Shown here: positions 1 through 12,154 of the stretch, one piece after another
Numbering within the stretch: position 1 is the first letter of the stretch
Layout of the letters: each line of letters begins with the position of its first letter
Source of the DNA: Macrostomum lignano
Lineage: Eukaryota
Length of the DNA stretch: 64,000 nt
Reading direction: 5' to 3'
NCBI GenBank assembly: GCA_002269645.1
Contig: NIVC01000543.1
Location: 248,001 to 312,000 of the forward strand
Made by a program: the position numbers and the translations under genes
The notes under the pieces: model-generated
The model's input: only the letters and a program-made list of their open reading frames with translations
Told to the model about the DNA's origin: nothing
Database searches by the model: none

Positions 1-297
1 ACGGAGTTACACTGGGACATTAGAGGGTGCGTTTATGGTCACACCAGGACCCGGCGCCAACGAATCAGCTCGGCAGGGCCCAAGGGGGCCTGCCTTAACA
101 CCCACGGGACGAGTACCCTTCGAAGTGCGCCTTGCAAGGTGAAAATCAGGAGACAGAGTCTCTTGAGCTATCAGCCCGCCAGGGGAGGCAGGTGTGAGCA
201 TCGCTGGCTGGGATAAAGGCCATACCAGTCTCATACTGCACAGATAGTTCACCACGCCATTACGTGCAGGACCCGGGGTCCTGGGGGCAACAGCCCC

Positions 298-1133
298 GGC
301 AATACGCTCAGTGGGAATGCTATGGGAACAGCATCAGCAGAATACGCTCAGTGGGAATGCTATGGGAACAGCATCAGCAGAATACGCTCAGTGGGAATGC
401 TATGGGAACAGCATCAGCAGAATACGCTCAGTGGGAATGCTATGGGAACAGCATCAGCAGAATACGCTCAGTGGGAATGCTATGGGAACAGCATCAGCAG
501 AATACGCTCAGTGGGAATGCTATGGGAACAGCATCAGCAGAATACGCTCAGTGGGAATGCTATGGGAACAGCATCAGCAGAATACGCTCAGTGGGAATGC
601 TATGGGAACAGCATCAGCAGAATACGCTCAGTGGGAATGCTATGACAACAGCATCAGCAGAATACGCTCAGTGGGAATGCTATGGGAACAGCATCAGCAG
701 AATACGCTCAGTGGGAATGCTATGGGAACAGCATCAGCAGAATACGCTCAGTGGGAATGCTATGACAACAGCATCAGCAGAATACGCTCAGTGGGAATGC
801 TATGGGAACAGCATCAGCAGAATACGCTCAGTGGGAATGCTATGGGAACAGCATCAGCAGAATACGCTCAGTGGGAATGCTATGGGAACCGCATCAGCAG
901 AATACGCTCAGTGGGAATGCTATGGGAACAGCATCAGCAGAATACGCTCAGTGGGAATGCTATGGGAACCGCATCAGCAGAATACGCTCAGTGGGAATGC
1001 TATGGGAACAGCATCAGCAGAATACGCTCAGTGGGAATGCTATGGGAACCGCATCAGCAGAATACGCTCAGTGGGAATGCTATGGGAACCGCATCAGCAG
1101 AATACGCTCAGTGGGAATGCTATGGGAACCGCA
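298..1133. repeat. 40-bp minisatellite, ~21 copies (AATACGCTCAGTGGGAATGCTATGGGAACAGCATCAGCAG)
   Basis: Head-to-tail unit read directly, with rare variants (ATGACAAC, GGAACCGC). It explains the repetitive ORFs 264..1312. Confidence 0.97.
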
Positions 1134-1703
1134 TGAAAAGAGGACATCGTCACAGAACCCGTCTCGGCCGGGGCGCCGGCGTCAACCAACAGGCAGTCGA
1201 CGAAATGCCTGTCCTCACTGGTAGGGGAGCCTGTAGCGTCAGAAGCAGCAGCTCCTACACCAGCTGTGGGCAGTACGATTGGATGATGTGGCCTTCCAAC
1301 TGGAGTCGCTGATGGCACAAAAGGTCACTTGAACGGATCAAACCGTCGTCTTCTTGCTGTTTGAGCGGATCCGTCAGCATCCAAGAATATGTGGGAATAT
1401 AGGAAAAATTAGCTTTGATTGTGTATAAAATTATCAGTGCAAATAAATTGATTGGCAACACCGGTGACCAGTGATGCTGTGCTGGAATATTGGACTTCTT
1501 GCGTGGTTGTCTTGCTGTTTAGCAAACCGACCAGCTCACAGCCTTAACCGAGTTTTCATTTGTTTTTTAGCAATCATTTCAATTTGTCTTTCCGATCGAC
1601 TGTAAAGAAAATTGTTACCCTACCGTACCAACAGTTACTTGGGTGCCCGTTATCTCCTAAGCTCAGACTTTGATTTCTAACTTAATGCTGCTCACTGCCG
1701 CAG

Positions 1704-2460
1704 GTTCGTCCGGGTGTCGAACCGCATTAGAAAGTCGACCCGGTCTCTGGACTATTTCACCAGCCGGGAATGGGTGTTCAACAACACCAATGTGCTCAGC
1801 GCTATGGACCGAATGTCCCCGTCTGATAGGCTTGTGAGTTCGCTTGTATCCTGAGCAAAAGTGCTTGTTGTTCATTTATTAGAATTTCGCTCAAACTGAC
1901 TCGACCCGCAGGAGTTCGACTGCGACGCCTCTAAAGTAGATTGGCGCCTCTACCTTGAGCGCTACTGCACCGGCGTCAAGCAGTACGCGCTCAAAGAGGA
2001 CCTTGATGACAACGGCTCCGCCAGGGCGCACATCAGAAAGTAAAGCCTTGCAGAGCCAAGTTACTAATGCATGCTTAGCTCCAACTACCACCTGCACACC
2101 TGCCCAGCACACCCTAATGCATGCCCAGCTCCAACTACCACCTTCCAACCCGCCCAACACAAAGAGCCAGAGCGCCTAGTCTTGGTCCACACACCACCCA
2201 ACCAATCAGGCCAACCCACATCCTACCCAGCCGACCCCACACCCTACCCACTCAAACTGCTCACCCAGCCAGCCCAACGCCAAGTCACCCTAATCGCCCG
2301 CAGGCTGCAGCGGCTGTCGCTGATGTGGAACGTGCTGCTCTGTGTGCTGGTGTGGAGGTTCACTCTGAAGCGAGTGCCTCTGGCGCACACCATGTGGGTG
2401 CTGATGCTCAACCTGGCGATGTCGCTATTTGAGAAGCTGCCTCGGCTTGCCCGCTCGTGA
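1704..2460 (+). CDS. FAR: Fatty acyl-CoA reductase (male-sterility/FAR family), last three coding exons 1704..1833, 1912..2039, 2304..2460; 5' part lies outside the window
   Basis: Splicing at GT-AG sites with consistent phase gives FVRVSNRIRKSTRSLDYFTSREWVFNNTNVLSAMDRMSPSDRL-EFDCDASKVDWRLYLERYCTGVKQYALKEDL...RK-LQRLSLMWNVLLCVLVWRF...ARS*. This matches the FAR C-terminal Sterile domain (LEYFTxxxW, Y...YC.G.K.Y.L.E) and its hydrophobic tail. AATAAA at 2484..2489. Confidence 0.88.
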
Positions 2461-2929
2461 GCTCAGCGCCCGGTACGGACAGGAATAAAGTGCAGAGCAC
2501 GTGGGGATGAAGTTTATTCATCTCCAGGACAGATTCAAATGTTTTGCTAGTGTCTCTATCAAACCTTATTATTTTTTGCGTCTCTTCTTATTGTTAACGA
2601 GATAATATTCAATTTTCTAGAATTTATTGTTTTACTCTCGTAGAAAATATTCTAACTGCGTTTTTTATGATTGCTTGGTGAGCAATCAGCTGCTCGGATG
2701 CCTCTCTTTTTGCTTATTGGTTCTTTTGATCCAAACTTGGCGTGCGCGTTAATCCACAGACCGGACACAGCTGTTAGTCACTCCATCTGAGTGCTTTCGG
2801 ATCCCCACACTTATCCGATCCCATTGTCCCAGTTTCCCTAACGTCGCGCACTCTGCGCAGTGGCTATCCTTAATTTTCTGTTGTTTCTCTCTCTTAGCCT
2901 GTCTCGTCCTTTAGTGCGCTATTATTAAC

Positions 2930-3433
2930 GTGCACCATCCATGTCTTGTGGGCTATCTTACTCTTGCAGCTGCTCCTGCACCATCCATGTCTTGTGGGCT
3001 ATCTTACTCTTGCAGCTGCTCCTGCACCATCCATGTCTTGTGGGCTATCTTACTATTGCAGCTGCTCCTGCACCATCCATGTCTTGTGGGCTATCTTACT
3101 CTTGCAGCTGCTCCTGCACCATCCATGTCTTGTGGGCTATCTTACTCTTGCAGCTGCTCCTGCACCATCCATGTCTTGTGGGCTATCTTACTCTTGCAGC
3201 TGCTCCTGCACCATCCATGTCTTGTGGGCTATCTTACTCTTGCAGCTGCTCCTGCACCATCCATGTCTTGTGGGCTATCCTACTCTTGCAGCTGCTCCTG
3301 CACCATCCATGTCTTGTGGGCTATCTTACTCTTGCAGCTGCTCCTGCACCATCCATGTCTTGTGGGCTATCTTACTCTTGCAGCTGCTCCTGCACCATCC
3401 ATGTCTTGTGGGCTATCTTACTCTTGCAGCTGC
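2930..3433. repeat. 46-bp minisatellite, ~11 copies (CATCCATGTCTTGTGGGCTATCTTACTCTTGCAGCTGCTCCTGCAC)
   Basis: Period 46 measured directly (2936 to 2982). Confidence 0.96.
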
Positions 3434-4223
3434 TTGACCTGCTTCTTCTATTTTGCTGTTTCTGCTTATTCATTTCTGCTTGTAGTTGCTAGCCCGTCTT
3501 CTGTTTTGCTCCGAGTATTTGATCACCAGCCTAGTGAATATAATGCCATGCCATGCTACTGGCAGCTGCTGAGTGAGTAGGCGATGTGCGTTTTTTGTTG
3601 CTGCAGTTAAACTTTACTTTTTTCAGTTCCTCAGTCATTGTTGAGATTTTCACATCTCTCAGATGCTGCATTCTAATCAGCGCTCTTTTTTAGTAGCTTT
3701 TATTCCCGCCTTGTCTGACGCGTGTTTTTATTAAGAATTTTTCCAGTTTAGCAGGCTTTCGTCTGTTCGCGAGTCATGAACTAAATACAGACTTATCTAT
3801 TATATATTTACTATGCACAGCTCGCTACCTACTCGTACGTTACTGTCCTATCATCCCCAGCAGTGAAAATCAGCAAGATAAGGTGCGTTTCATTGATTCG
3901 TTTTCATGCATTGTTGAAGAGGTAGCATTTCATATTTATGAGGAAAATCTATTGGCAAGCAAGCAACGGTCTCATAAAAGCTTCTGGGGTCAGCCACATC
4001 AAATCATGTCTTTGTACAAGTATTTCATCGTGGAATATCTCATTTCATGCAAAAACACATTTAGTCACGTTGGGCATGTTGTACACTTTGGTTGATAACC
4101 TGAGCTTTTGGCATTGGATTGGCAACGAGAGCTCCGCAACATCTGCTATAGCAAAAGTTACCTGGGCTTTAACTGGCATTGAATTGAATATTTTTACATG
4201 GGTGCTCTTTTGTGCTATGCAAT

Positions 4224-4963
4224 TCAGAACTTGAAAGTGCTCTTCTGCTTTGAGCCTGCGGCTGCCTCGCGGTGTCTTCTGGTGTGCAGCTGCAGATGAT
4301 CGGACCGCGTGAACTGTTTCGGGCACAGCTGGCAGCGGTACGGCCGCTCGCCCGTGTGGATTCGCTGATGCCGCACCAGCTCGTCCGACCGTGGAAACGA
4401 CCAGCCGCAGTCCTGCCACTTGCAGATGAACGGCCGTTCTTCTGTGAAAATCATTTGTTTTCCCATTGGCATTTTCGTGGTTTATGAGAACTGCTTTTTC
4501 TATTGAAAAGGTTACTCTCCGCCTCCCACTGTTCCATAAGCAGCTTACCCGAATGCGAACGCAGGTGCGTCTTGAGGTGCGAATTCTTGAGGTAGGCCTT
4601 GCTGCAGCCTCCGTGCGGGCACACGAAGTTTCTCGGCCGTTCGTCAAATGCAGAAGCGACTGAAGTCCCAGTGGAGCTGCTGGTGCCGGTGCCCTGTGTG
4701 CTGCACTCGGATAGCGTGCTTAGGCAGTCGTCCAGAGTCATGGAGCGGTCCCAGTTGGCGTCCCAGTTCGCATCGCTATCAAGCAGCAAGGTCTCCATCA
4801 CGTCCTGCCTGCACGAAACCTCTGGCAATTGGTTGCTGGCGATCGGTGCACCCTCCATCGCACAGGCCATCTCTACCGACTCGTACTTGCCCGCGGTGCT
4901 TGGGGGCTCTTCTTTGATGCAGAACAGAAGTTTCTCACTGTTGCTGGCTTCCATGTATTCCAT
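4224..4963 (-). CDS. KLF: Sp/KLF-family C2H2 zinc-finger transcription factor, exons complement(4549..4963, 4224..4441)
   Basis: Three fingers [46 protein letters not shown] and [21 protein letters not shown] carry the KLF recognition helices (xSHL / RSDEL / RSDHL). A 107-nt GT-AG intron (4442..4548) has a compatible phase. The start codon is inferred. Confidence 0.92.
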
Positions 4964-5076
4964 TGACTGCCCTGTCAGGTGGGAGCAGACTTATTGCTGT
5001 CTCAGTCCGGTGGAGACACTAATGCTAATATTTATTCTGGCACTCAAGCCACTGTCTGCCGCACCGATTCTTGCGG

Positions 5077-5084
5077 CTATTTAT
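5077..5084 (-). promoter_or_regulatory. Candidate TATA box for the KLF gene
   Basis: Minus-strand GTATAAATAG ~115 nt upstream of the ATG at 4963; coordinates approximate. Confidence 0.4.
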
Positions 5085-5384
5085 ACATCCAGATGCCAGA
5101 GTAATGAAATGGAGGAGAGAAAACAGCAGATTGACGCAGATGGGCCCTGCAGCTTTGTAATGCATTTGGAAATGTGCGAAGCGTGAACAATGAATTTCTT
5201 TTCTTAAACCCACGCAGTCTGGAAAACCAAAGGTTTTTTCTGTATGGAAACTATGCTATGCTCATCCAGTCGGTATTTCTTTGCACTGTCTGTTTTTAAT
5301 GCAAACTCGTCACAACACCATTCGTGACATCAGAGCTTTACAGCAGGTTGCTATGGTTGAGTTTTTGTTTACTGATCTTATGTT

Positions 5385-5700
5385 TAAGGTGATACGCGTT
5401 CTGCTTACAGATTTTAGGTTTACGGTGATACGCGTTCTGCTTACAGATTTTAGGTTCAATGTGATACGCGTTCTGCTTACAGATTTTAGGTTTAAGGTGA
5501 TACGCGTTCTGCTTACAGATTTTAGGTTTAAGGTGATACGCGTTCTGCTTACAGATTTTAGGTTTAAGGTGATACGCGTTCTGCTTACAGATTTTAGGTT
5601 TAAGGTGATACGTGTTCTGCTTACAGATTTTAGGTTTAAGGTGATACGTGTTCTGCTTACAGATTTTAGGTTTAAGGTGATACGCGTTTTGCTTAAAGAT
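5385..5700. repeat. 36-bp minisatellite, ~8.5 copies (TTTAAGGTGATACGCGTTCTGCTTACAGATTTTAGG)
   Basis: Read directly; it explains ORF 5281..5724 (IRVLLTDFRFKV repeats). Confidence 0.95.
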
Positions 5701-7194
5701 TACTTAGAGTTTAATGGCTTTTAATCAGTTCGTCAGCCAAACCATTCAATTTGTATTCACTTAGTATTGTGTAGAATAATATCGATATTACGAGTAAAAT
5801 ATTATTGTATATTGAGACACAGGAGTGAGCACTGCGCTCAAGCATTCACTGTTTTCAATCTGTTTTCCCAGATTAGTCCAAGAGCGCTGCGGTAGCTCCC
5901 AACATTTAGAAGGTCGCTGCTTGCGTTAAACTACTACAGCTACTACACAGATAAACAAATTATCAAAAGCAAAATTGCATTGCCATTAAGTCTCAGCATT
6001 TGTGGAAGGCTAATTATAGACAGTCTTTCGTCAGAGCTGTGCCGAGTATGGCTTGCATGCAGTGTTGTCCAAAAACTTTGACCTTTCCTTCGCCCCAGCA
6101 GCCAGTCGGTTGGGGGCCCTCGGGCGGACGAACTGAATTTGCTGGCTACCGCAGGCGCAGCTTTTGTTTGTGAAAAGGCCTGAATGGCAAAAGTTTCTAT
6201 CTGCGTCCACAGCTCGTTGTTACTAAAATTAGAAACACAGCGCCCACAAGTGCACTGCTGTGGGGTGCTTTTCGGCCGCACTTCAAGTGTCTTGTTTTGG
6301 AATGCCAGCACTAGACTCAGCGTTGTTTTGATGTCGAATTTAGAAATTTAGCAAGACTGTGTGTACTAGCCACAAAATGCTGGTAGTTGCAACTTATCGC
6401 TACACGACTGCATTCGTCATGTTCAGCAAATCGGATCGGCTGAAGTCCACGCGCCTTTGTGGGAAGCAGAGTTGCACAATGCAAGACCTTGCCTTGCCAC
6501 AAAGGGTAAAAATGCGTTTGAGTTGATTTAATAGAAAATTGTGAGTAATTCGTGAAAAAAGGACACAGGTAGAATATAAAACCACCGAATGCAACACTTA
6601 AAGACAGAAGGTCTTAATAAAGTGCGTGCTGTACAGCTCAAATGTTGACATACATCTCAGCAGTTGAAAATGTACGAGCGGATACAGTGGGCAGTTTGAA
6701 TGCGCTCGTCTGCTGCTTATAACAGTGCTTTGAATTTCTTTTTTGCAGAAGGTAAAAAATCTTTTTAAAACTTTGCTCAGTTTCCGTTCTTTTTTAAAAA
6801 TAAGGTTTACTAATATTCAATTACTTTAACTGATACCCAATCAGAAGCCCATGTCAGTGCTTATTTCCGATCAAAATAAAGTACAACATCGTACTTGTCG
6901 TAATCGAAAGCTTTAAAGCTGTTTCTTAAAGCGTTTCAAAATGAGAAATTCGAAACCGTCGAGTACTCGAAGCCTAAATTACGAGCGTAGATTTTACATG
7001 TAATCATGTTGAAGTTTCATGGTGCTGAAATAGGACGAAATTAAGATCGATATGATCTACAGATGGCTTGAAGGCCGGGCCCAGGACTTTATGCACGTGT
7101 GCGAAACGTGCGGTTGTTCAGCATAATTTTTTTAACATGAGCAAGTTTTTAATAACATAAAAATTATATTCATGCACTAACTGGAATCCGCACT

Positions 7195-8041
7195 CCCTGC
7201 TGCACTTCCCTGCACACACTTCCCTGCACACTTACTGCACACACTTACCTGCACACACTTCCCTGCCCCACACTTCCCTGCCCCACACTTCCCTGCCCAA
7301 ACTTCCCTGCCCCACACTTCCCTGCCCCACACTTCCCTGCCCAAACTTCCCTGCCCCACACTTCCCTGCCTCAAACTTCCCTGCCCAAACTTCCCTGCCC
7401 AAACTTCCCTGCCTCAAACTTCCCTACCCCAAACTTCCCTGCCTCAAACTTCCCTACCCCAAACTTCCCTGCCCCACACTAACCTGCCCCAAACTTCCCT
7501 GCCCCAAACTTCCCTGCCCCACACTTCCCTGCCCCAAACTTCCCTACCCCAAACCTCCCTGCCCCACACTTCCCTGCCCCACACTTCTTTGCCCCACACT
7601 TCCCTGCCCCACACTTCCCTGCCCCACACTTCCCTACCCCAAACCTCCCTGCCCCAAACTTCCCTGCCCCACACTTCCCTGCCCCACACTTCCCTACCCC
7701 AAACTTCCCTGCCCCACACTTCCCTGCCCCACACTTCCCTGCCCCACACTTCCCTGCCCCACACTTCCCTGCCCCACACTTCCCTGCCCCACACTTCCCT
7801 GCCCCACACTTCCCTGCCCCACACTTCCCTACCCCAAACTTCCCTGCCCCACACTTCCCTGCCCCACACTTCCCTGCTCCACACTTCCCTACCCCAAACT
7901 TCCCTGCCCCACACTTCCCTGCCCCACACTTCCCTGCCCCACACTTCCCTACCCCAAACTTCCCTGCCCCACACTTCCCTGCCCCACACTTCCCTGCCCC
8001 AAACTTCCCTGCCCCACACTTCCCTACCCAAACTTCCCTGC
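7195..8041. repeat. 15-bp C-rich minisatellite (CCCCACACTTCCCTG), ~55 copies
   Basis: Read directly; it explains the GREVW, PHTSL and GKCGA repeat ORFs. Confidence 0.96.
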
Positions 8042-9080
8042 CAATCCCAAACTTCGTTGCTGGATATTCGTGTTCCAGCAACAAAATCTAATACAAAACC
8101 TTTCGTAAACTTCTTGTCTCAAATTTCCAGCGCCATGTATTTTCATTTTTAAAAACCTTGTAAATCTTTCGCTACCCCACTTTCTGGCCCAGCTGCATAC
8201 TGGGAGAAAAAACCTTCCATTTTCCGTGCAGATTTGCAAGGCTCATTGACGCTTTCTCTCATCACACTCGACATCCTTCTCCAAAGTTAATTTCACCTGT
8301 CGTAGGCGAGCAATGATGCAGAAATTCAATCAAAAGAGCTTTCGCTTATCGATGCAGAGCCCAGGATTCGCCACTCTTCAAATGCAGCCGAGTGTGGCTA
8401 ATCTGAGGAATCGGCTGGGCCGGTCGTTACTAATGGATTTGGCCAGTCGAGTGTCGCCGGCTCAACTCCTAAAAGCCTCTTGCATCAAGGATATCTCCGG
8501 CCAGCAAAGTGCCAATCAGGGCGAGGTCCACCGGGCGGACTGCCAGCTGCAGTTGTGGCTTGGCTGCTATTTAAACGGGCTTCAAGGCTGCGGAAAAGCA
8601 ATTTTGCAGCGGCGGCAGGCTGGGGAAGACAGAATCTGAGGAAAAGTGAGTTCCATCCGTTCAGCTACGGCTTCCCATGCCATGGAGCGAAAATTCGACT
8701 TGCAGTCTCCATTTTTACTCGAAATCAAGCCTGCCATCTGAGTCCTCTCTGCTGTTAGACAGTGCCGGAAAGACAATTTATCGAAGCAAATTTATCCAGC
8801 AAATTGGGAACCTTGGCAGATTTAACTTGGATATTTGATCAATCCAATTGCTTAGTTCGTTGGTGCGAGTGCCATGAGGCGTGTTTGGCTTTGACTTCGG
8901 TGGTTTTTTCTGCTAAACTTCCTAATAAGTAATCTTTCAGCTCAGAGTTGGCTCGCTTCCGTCGCCTCATCACTCGCTGCTTCTATTTGCTTTCACACGG
9001 TTCTGCACAGATCCCACCGCGCTCTACTTAAATTAGTTCTAACCACCCCCATCCCTCCTTCCCAAAGAAGTTTGCCAGCA

Positions 9081-10049
9081 ATGTCCAACGCCTCCGCCGC
9101 AGCGCCTCCAGCGGAACCGGCCTGGGTTGGTCAGTTCAAGAAGTTCCAGCTCAGCGTGGTCCTCATCGGCCTGCTGCTCAATATCCTGGGACTGGCTGTG
9201 TTCTACGCCAAAAGGTCGGCGAAGAGCTACAGTGTCATCACACTGATGGTGCTGAAGCACCAGTCGATAATAGACAGTCTAATCTGTCTGATGACGGTGT
9301 TCTATCTGCTGCCGGGCCTGCCTGACAGCTCGAGCAGCAGGGCCGCCTGCTACCTCTGGTACTCGCAGACCTTCTACTGGATTTTGGTTGTGCTCAGCGT
9401 CTGGAACCTCCTGCTCATCTGCGTGGAGCGCTTCATGGCCGTGGTCTTCCCGCTGCGCTACCGCGCCAAGCGGCCCGTGCACGCCGTCTGCATGATCGCC
9501 GGAATTCACCTGTGGGCCTGCCTGCTGGCCGCCCCCGTCACCTTCTGGGTGCGTCACGCCGACGGCACCTGCAGCTATGGGACGCCAACTTTCGACTCCA
9601 AGGTCCTGCTGGACTTCCTCACCGTTCACGCCGCCGTTTGGTTCGTTGGGATCTATCTGCTCCCCTCCGTCTGCATGGCCGCCATGTACACCAAGATTGT
9701 ACTCGTCATTAGAACAAAGACTTCGGGCAACACCGATGGCGGCCCGTCACAGAACCGAGCTGCCGCTGAGTTTACAAAGACTGCAATTGTAGTGACCTCA
9801 GTCTTTATCGTAACCTTCTCCTTCGACTCGTTCTACTATTTTATTGGCACTTTCTCTCCTGCCATCCAATACGAGGTGAACTCTCCGCTGCAGATTTTTG
9901 GCACCTTCATGGTGACGCTGAACTCCTGCGCCAATGTGATTGTGTACCTCATCTTCATGCGGTCCTTCCGCAAGCAAGCTTTGTGGCTGCTGACCTGCGG
10001 ACGGCGCACCGACACCAGCGTGGGAGCGGCGACTTCCGGCAGCGTCTGA
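9081..10049 (+). CDS. Intronless rhodopsin-family (class A) GPCR, orphan, ~322 aa
   Basis: Seven hydrophobic segments; N-terminal N-glycosylation site (MSNAS); TM1 GLLLN; TM2 D; TM3 C...SVWNLLLICVERFMAVVFPLRY (E-R-F variant of DRY); TM5 LLP; TM7 LNSCANVIVY followed by helix-8 FMRSFRKQ. Confidence 0.92.
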   Translation: MSNASAAAPPAEPAWVGQFKKFQLSVVLIGLLLNILGLAVFYAKRSAKSYSVITLMVLKHQSIIDSLICLMTVFYLLPGLPDSSSSRAACYLWYSQTFYWILVVLSVWNLLLICVERFMAVVFPLRYRAKRPVHAVCMIAGIHLWACLLAAPVTFWVRHADGTCSYGTPTFDSKVLLDFLTVHAAVWFVGIYLLPSVCMAAMYTKIVLVIRTKTSGNTDGGPSQNRAAAEFTKTAIVVTSVFIVTFSFDSFYYFIGTFSPAIQYEVNSPLQIFGTFMVTLNSCANVIVYLIFMRSFRKQALWLLTCGRRTDTSVGAATSGSV

Positions 10050-12154
10050 CCTGGGATTTGGCGCAGCAAATCTGACAGCCACTGATAACTAGCATCTGAC
10101 AGATCTGAGCATGCAATATGAGGGATTTTTAGTTCAGCCGGTGGGGCTTGATACGAGCTGACCCGAATCGACATGCAAGCAAAGAATGTTTTCGCGTTCC
10201 GTGATTTCCATTTGATGCTATATGTTCTATCAAGATACACTAATAAAAACTTTTAGTTAGAATTTCAGCGAGCTTTTTTGCTTGGACTATGTAGCACAAG
10301 GAATAGCCTACTGAAACCGATTAATGGCTTAATTGACTTAGCCTTTCTTTTCCGTAGGATGTCTCACTTTCGCGTAGTCGATTGTCAGACTTCATTTAAA
10401 TTGCCTCGAATCGAATACTGTTAAACGATTTAATTGGTCTCAACTCGAAGCCAATTATATGCCTCGTGTGTATAACAGCAAAAACATAGTAGGAACCACT
10501 AAAAAGCTGCTTACTAACGACAAAACTGGAAACGTAGTCGTGCAATCACTCGCGGAGTAGTCACTCCCACGTAATGGTCCCGATGTTGTCAGTGCCGTTG
10601 GCTATGATCTTCATCTTCTGCGGTGATGCGCTCAACATGTCTGGCCTCTTCTGGCTTGGCGACTTTCGACAACGTAAAAATGACGGCTGCGGGCGCGTAT
10701 GCGCTCGAAAGCACTGCAGGAGTGACTCGTGATGCATGCAACGTCACTGCGTTGGACCACCAGCTTGGTGCAGGGTGGTGGCACACGTCTTCCCAAGCGT
10801 CTCCTTCACTCTCCCTTCTTCCCTCCTTTCCCTTTCCTTATGTTCGCTGTTAGCCTTAGTCCCCAGAATTTTGTCTATGGTTGAAAGTTACTGTCCCTTC
10901 CTGTCCTTCTCTTCGCCTCGCACCTTAACGGTTTCTGATGGTTAAATTATAAAATACCTAAATTTTGCCTGTGGTCGAAAGTAGGAATTTCTTGAACTAG
11001 ACTATTTTTATTGCAATATTTGGTTCTATTTGCTTGTTACACAATATGAATGGGTGTTATGCTGCATTGGCTAGATTGCTCGTACATAGATACTTGTACT
11101 AGAACTTCTAGATATCGCATTTTCAGCACTCGCAAAAAATGCGCTTATCTACTTCTCTTCAGTAGCAAAATTAGCGTTTTGCGTTTTAACGGCAAAATGA
11201 AAAATCTATCAAATTTTGCTAATACTCGTACGATTAGACAGCTTGTAACTGGGATTGCGTTTACTTTGATTGCAGCTTCGAAAATCGCCTTTGGTTTTCT
11301 ACAAGCAGACCCAAGTCTAACGTTAGTGTAAACTAATTGACAAGTCAAGTCATAATTGAAAGCGAAGAGAGTTGATCGGAAACGATTGCTCATAGGCAAA
11401 CCTTTTTATTGATAATTCGCGTATGGCAGGGCCGGTGCAACGCAAATATTGAATCAATAATATTTATATTTGGGGTTAAAAGCATGCACAAATGTGAAAG
11501 CATACAAACATGAACATGAAAGGGCATAGAAAGAGCGCACGAAGTAAACGAGAGACAATTTCAAGCATTACTCGCTGAGCAAAACCCACAAACACAAACC
11601 CAAAACCCCAATAAATTAGCAGCTTTTACCTGCTTTACCGACTTTCAAGTAAGATTGCGGGAAAACTTGGAAAACCCAAATCCAGTTCTATGCAAGAGAG
11701 AAAAGGGGTGGCGCCCCAGCCCCCAGCCAGTGAGCCAGGCCAATAAAAAGGTTTTCCTCTTGCCTGCTTATGTCCTTTGACCTCTGCCTTTGATGCTCTC
11801 TCATAGGCTGAGCTAGATTAGGTGCGGCCCCTAGGCTGAGTTTCGTCCGTCTGCGATCACTTGTGCACATCAAGTTAAATGCTTTTTGTTCATTCTTGAC
11901 ACCATAATGTCCCGAGGTCACAAACCCCGAGGAAGGAAAGGAATAAATATAAGTTGCAAAAACTTATGTGAGACAACTACGAAAAAAAGTACTTAAAAAG
12001 AGTAGTAGAGTAGTCAACTTTAATTGCGAGTGACATATCTAGTTAGTACTTTGTCGTCTATATTTTGTGGTTAGATACCAGGACTCTAAAAGTTGATAAA
12101 TAACTTCACTGTATTACCCTGTACTATCAGATATACATGTATGCCCCAGCCTAC

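Noticed and set aside
264-1312. Long ORFs in all three + frames over the 40-bp array (likewise 2930..3580, 5281..5724, 7444..8152)
   Set aside because: They are by-products of stop-free tandem units. A 40-46-nt unit lacking stops on one strand is not improbable, and there is no splice or start context.
11825-11880. Hammerhead-like GGACGAAAC on the minus strand
   Set aside because: There is no upstream CUGANGA box or closing stem II.
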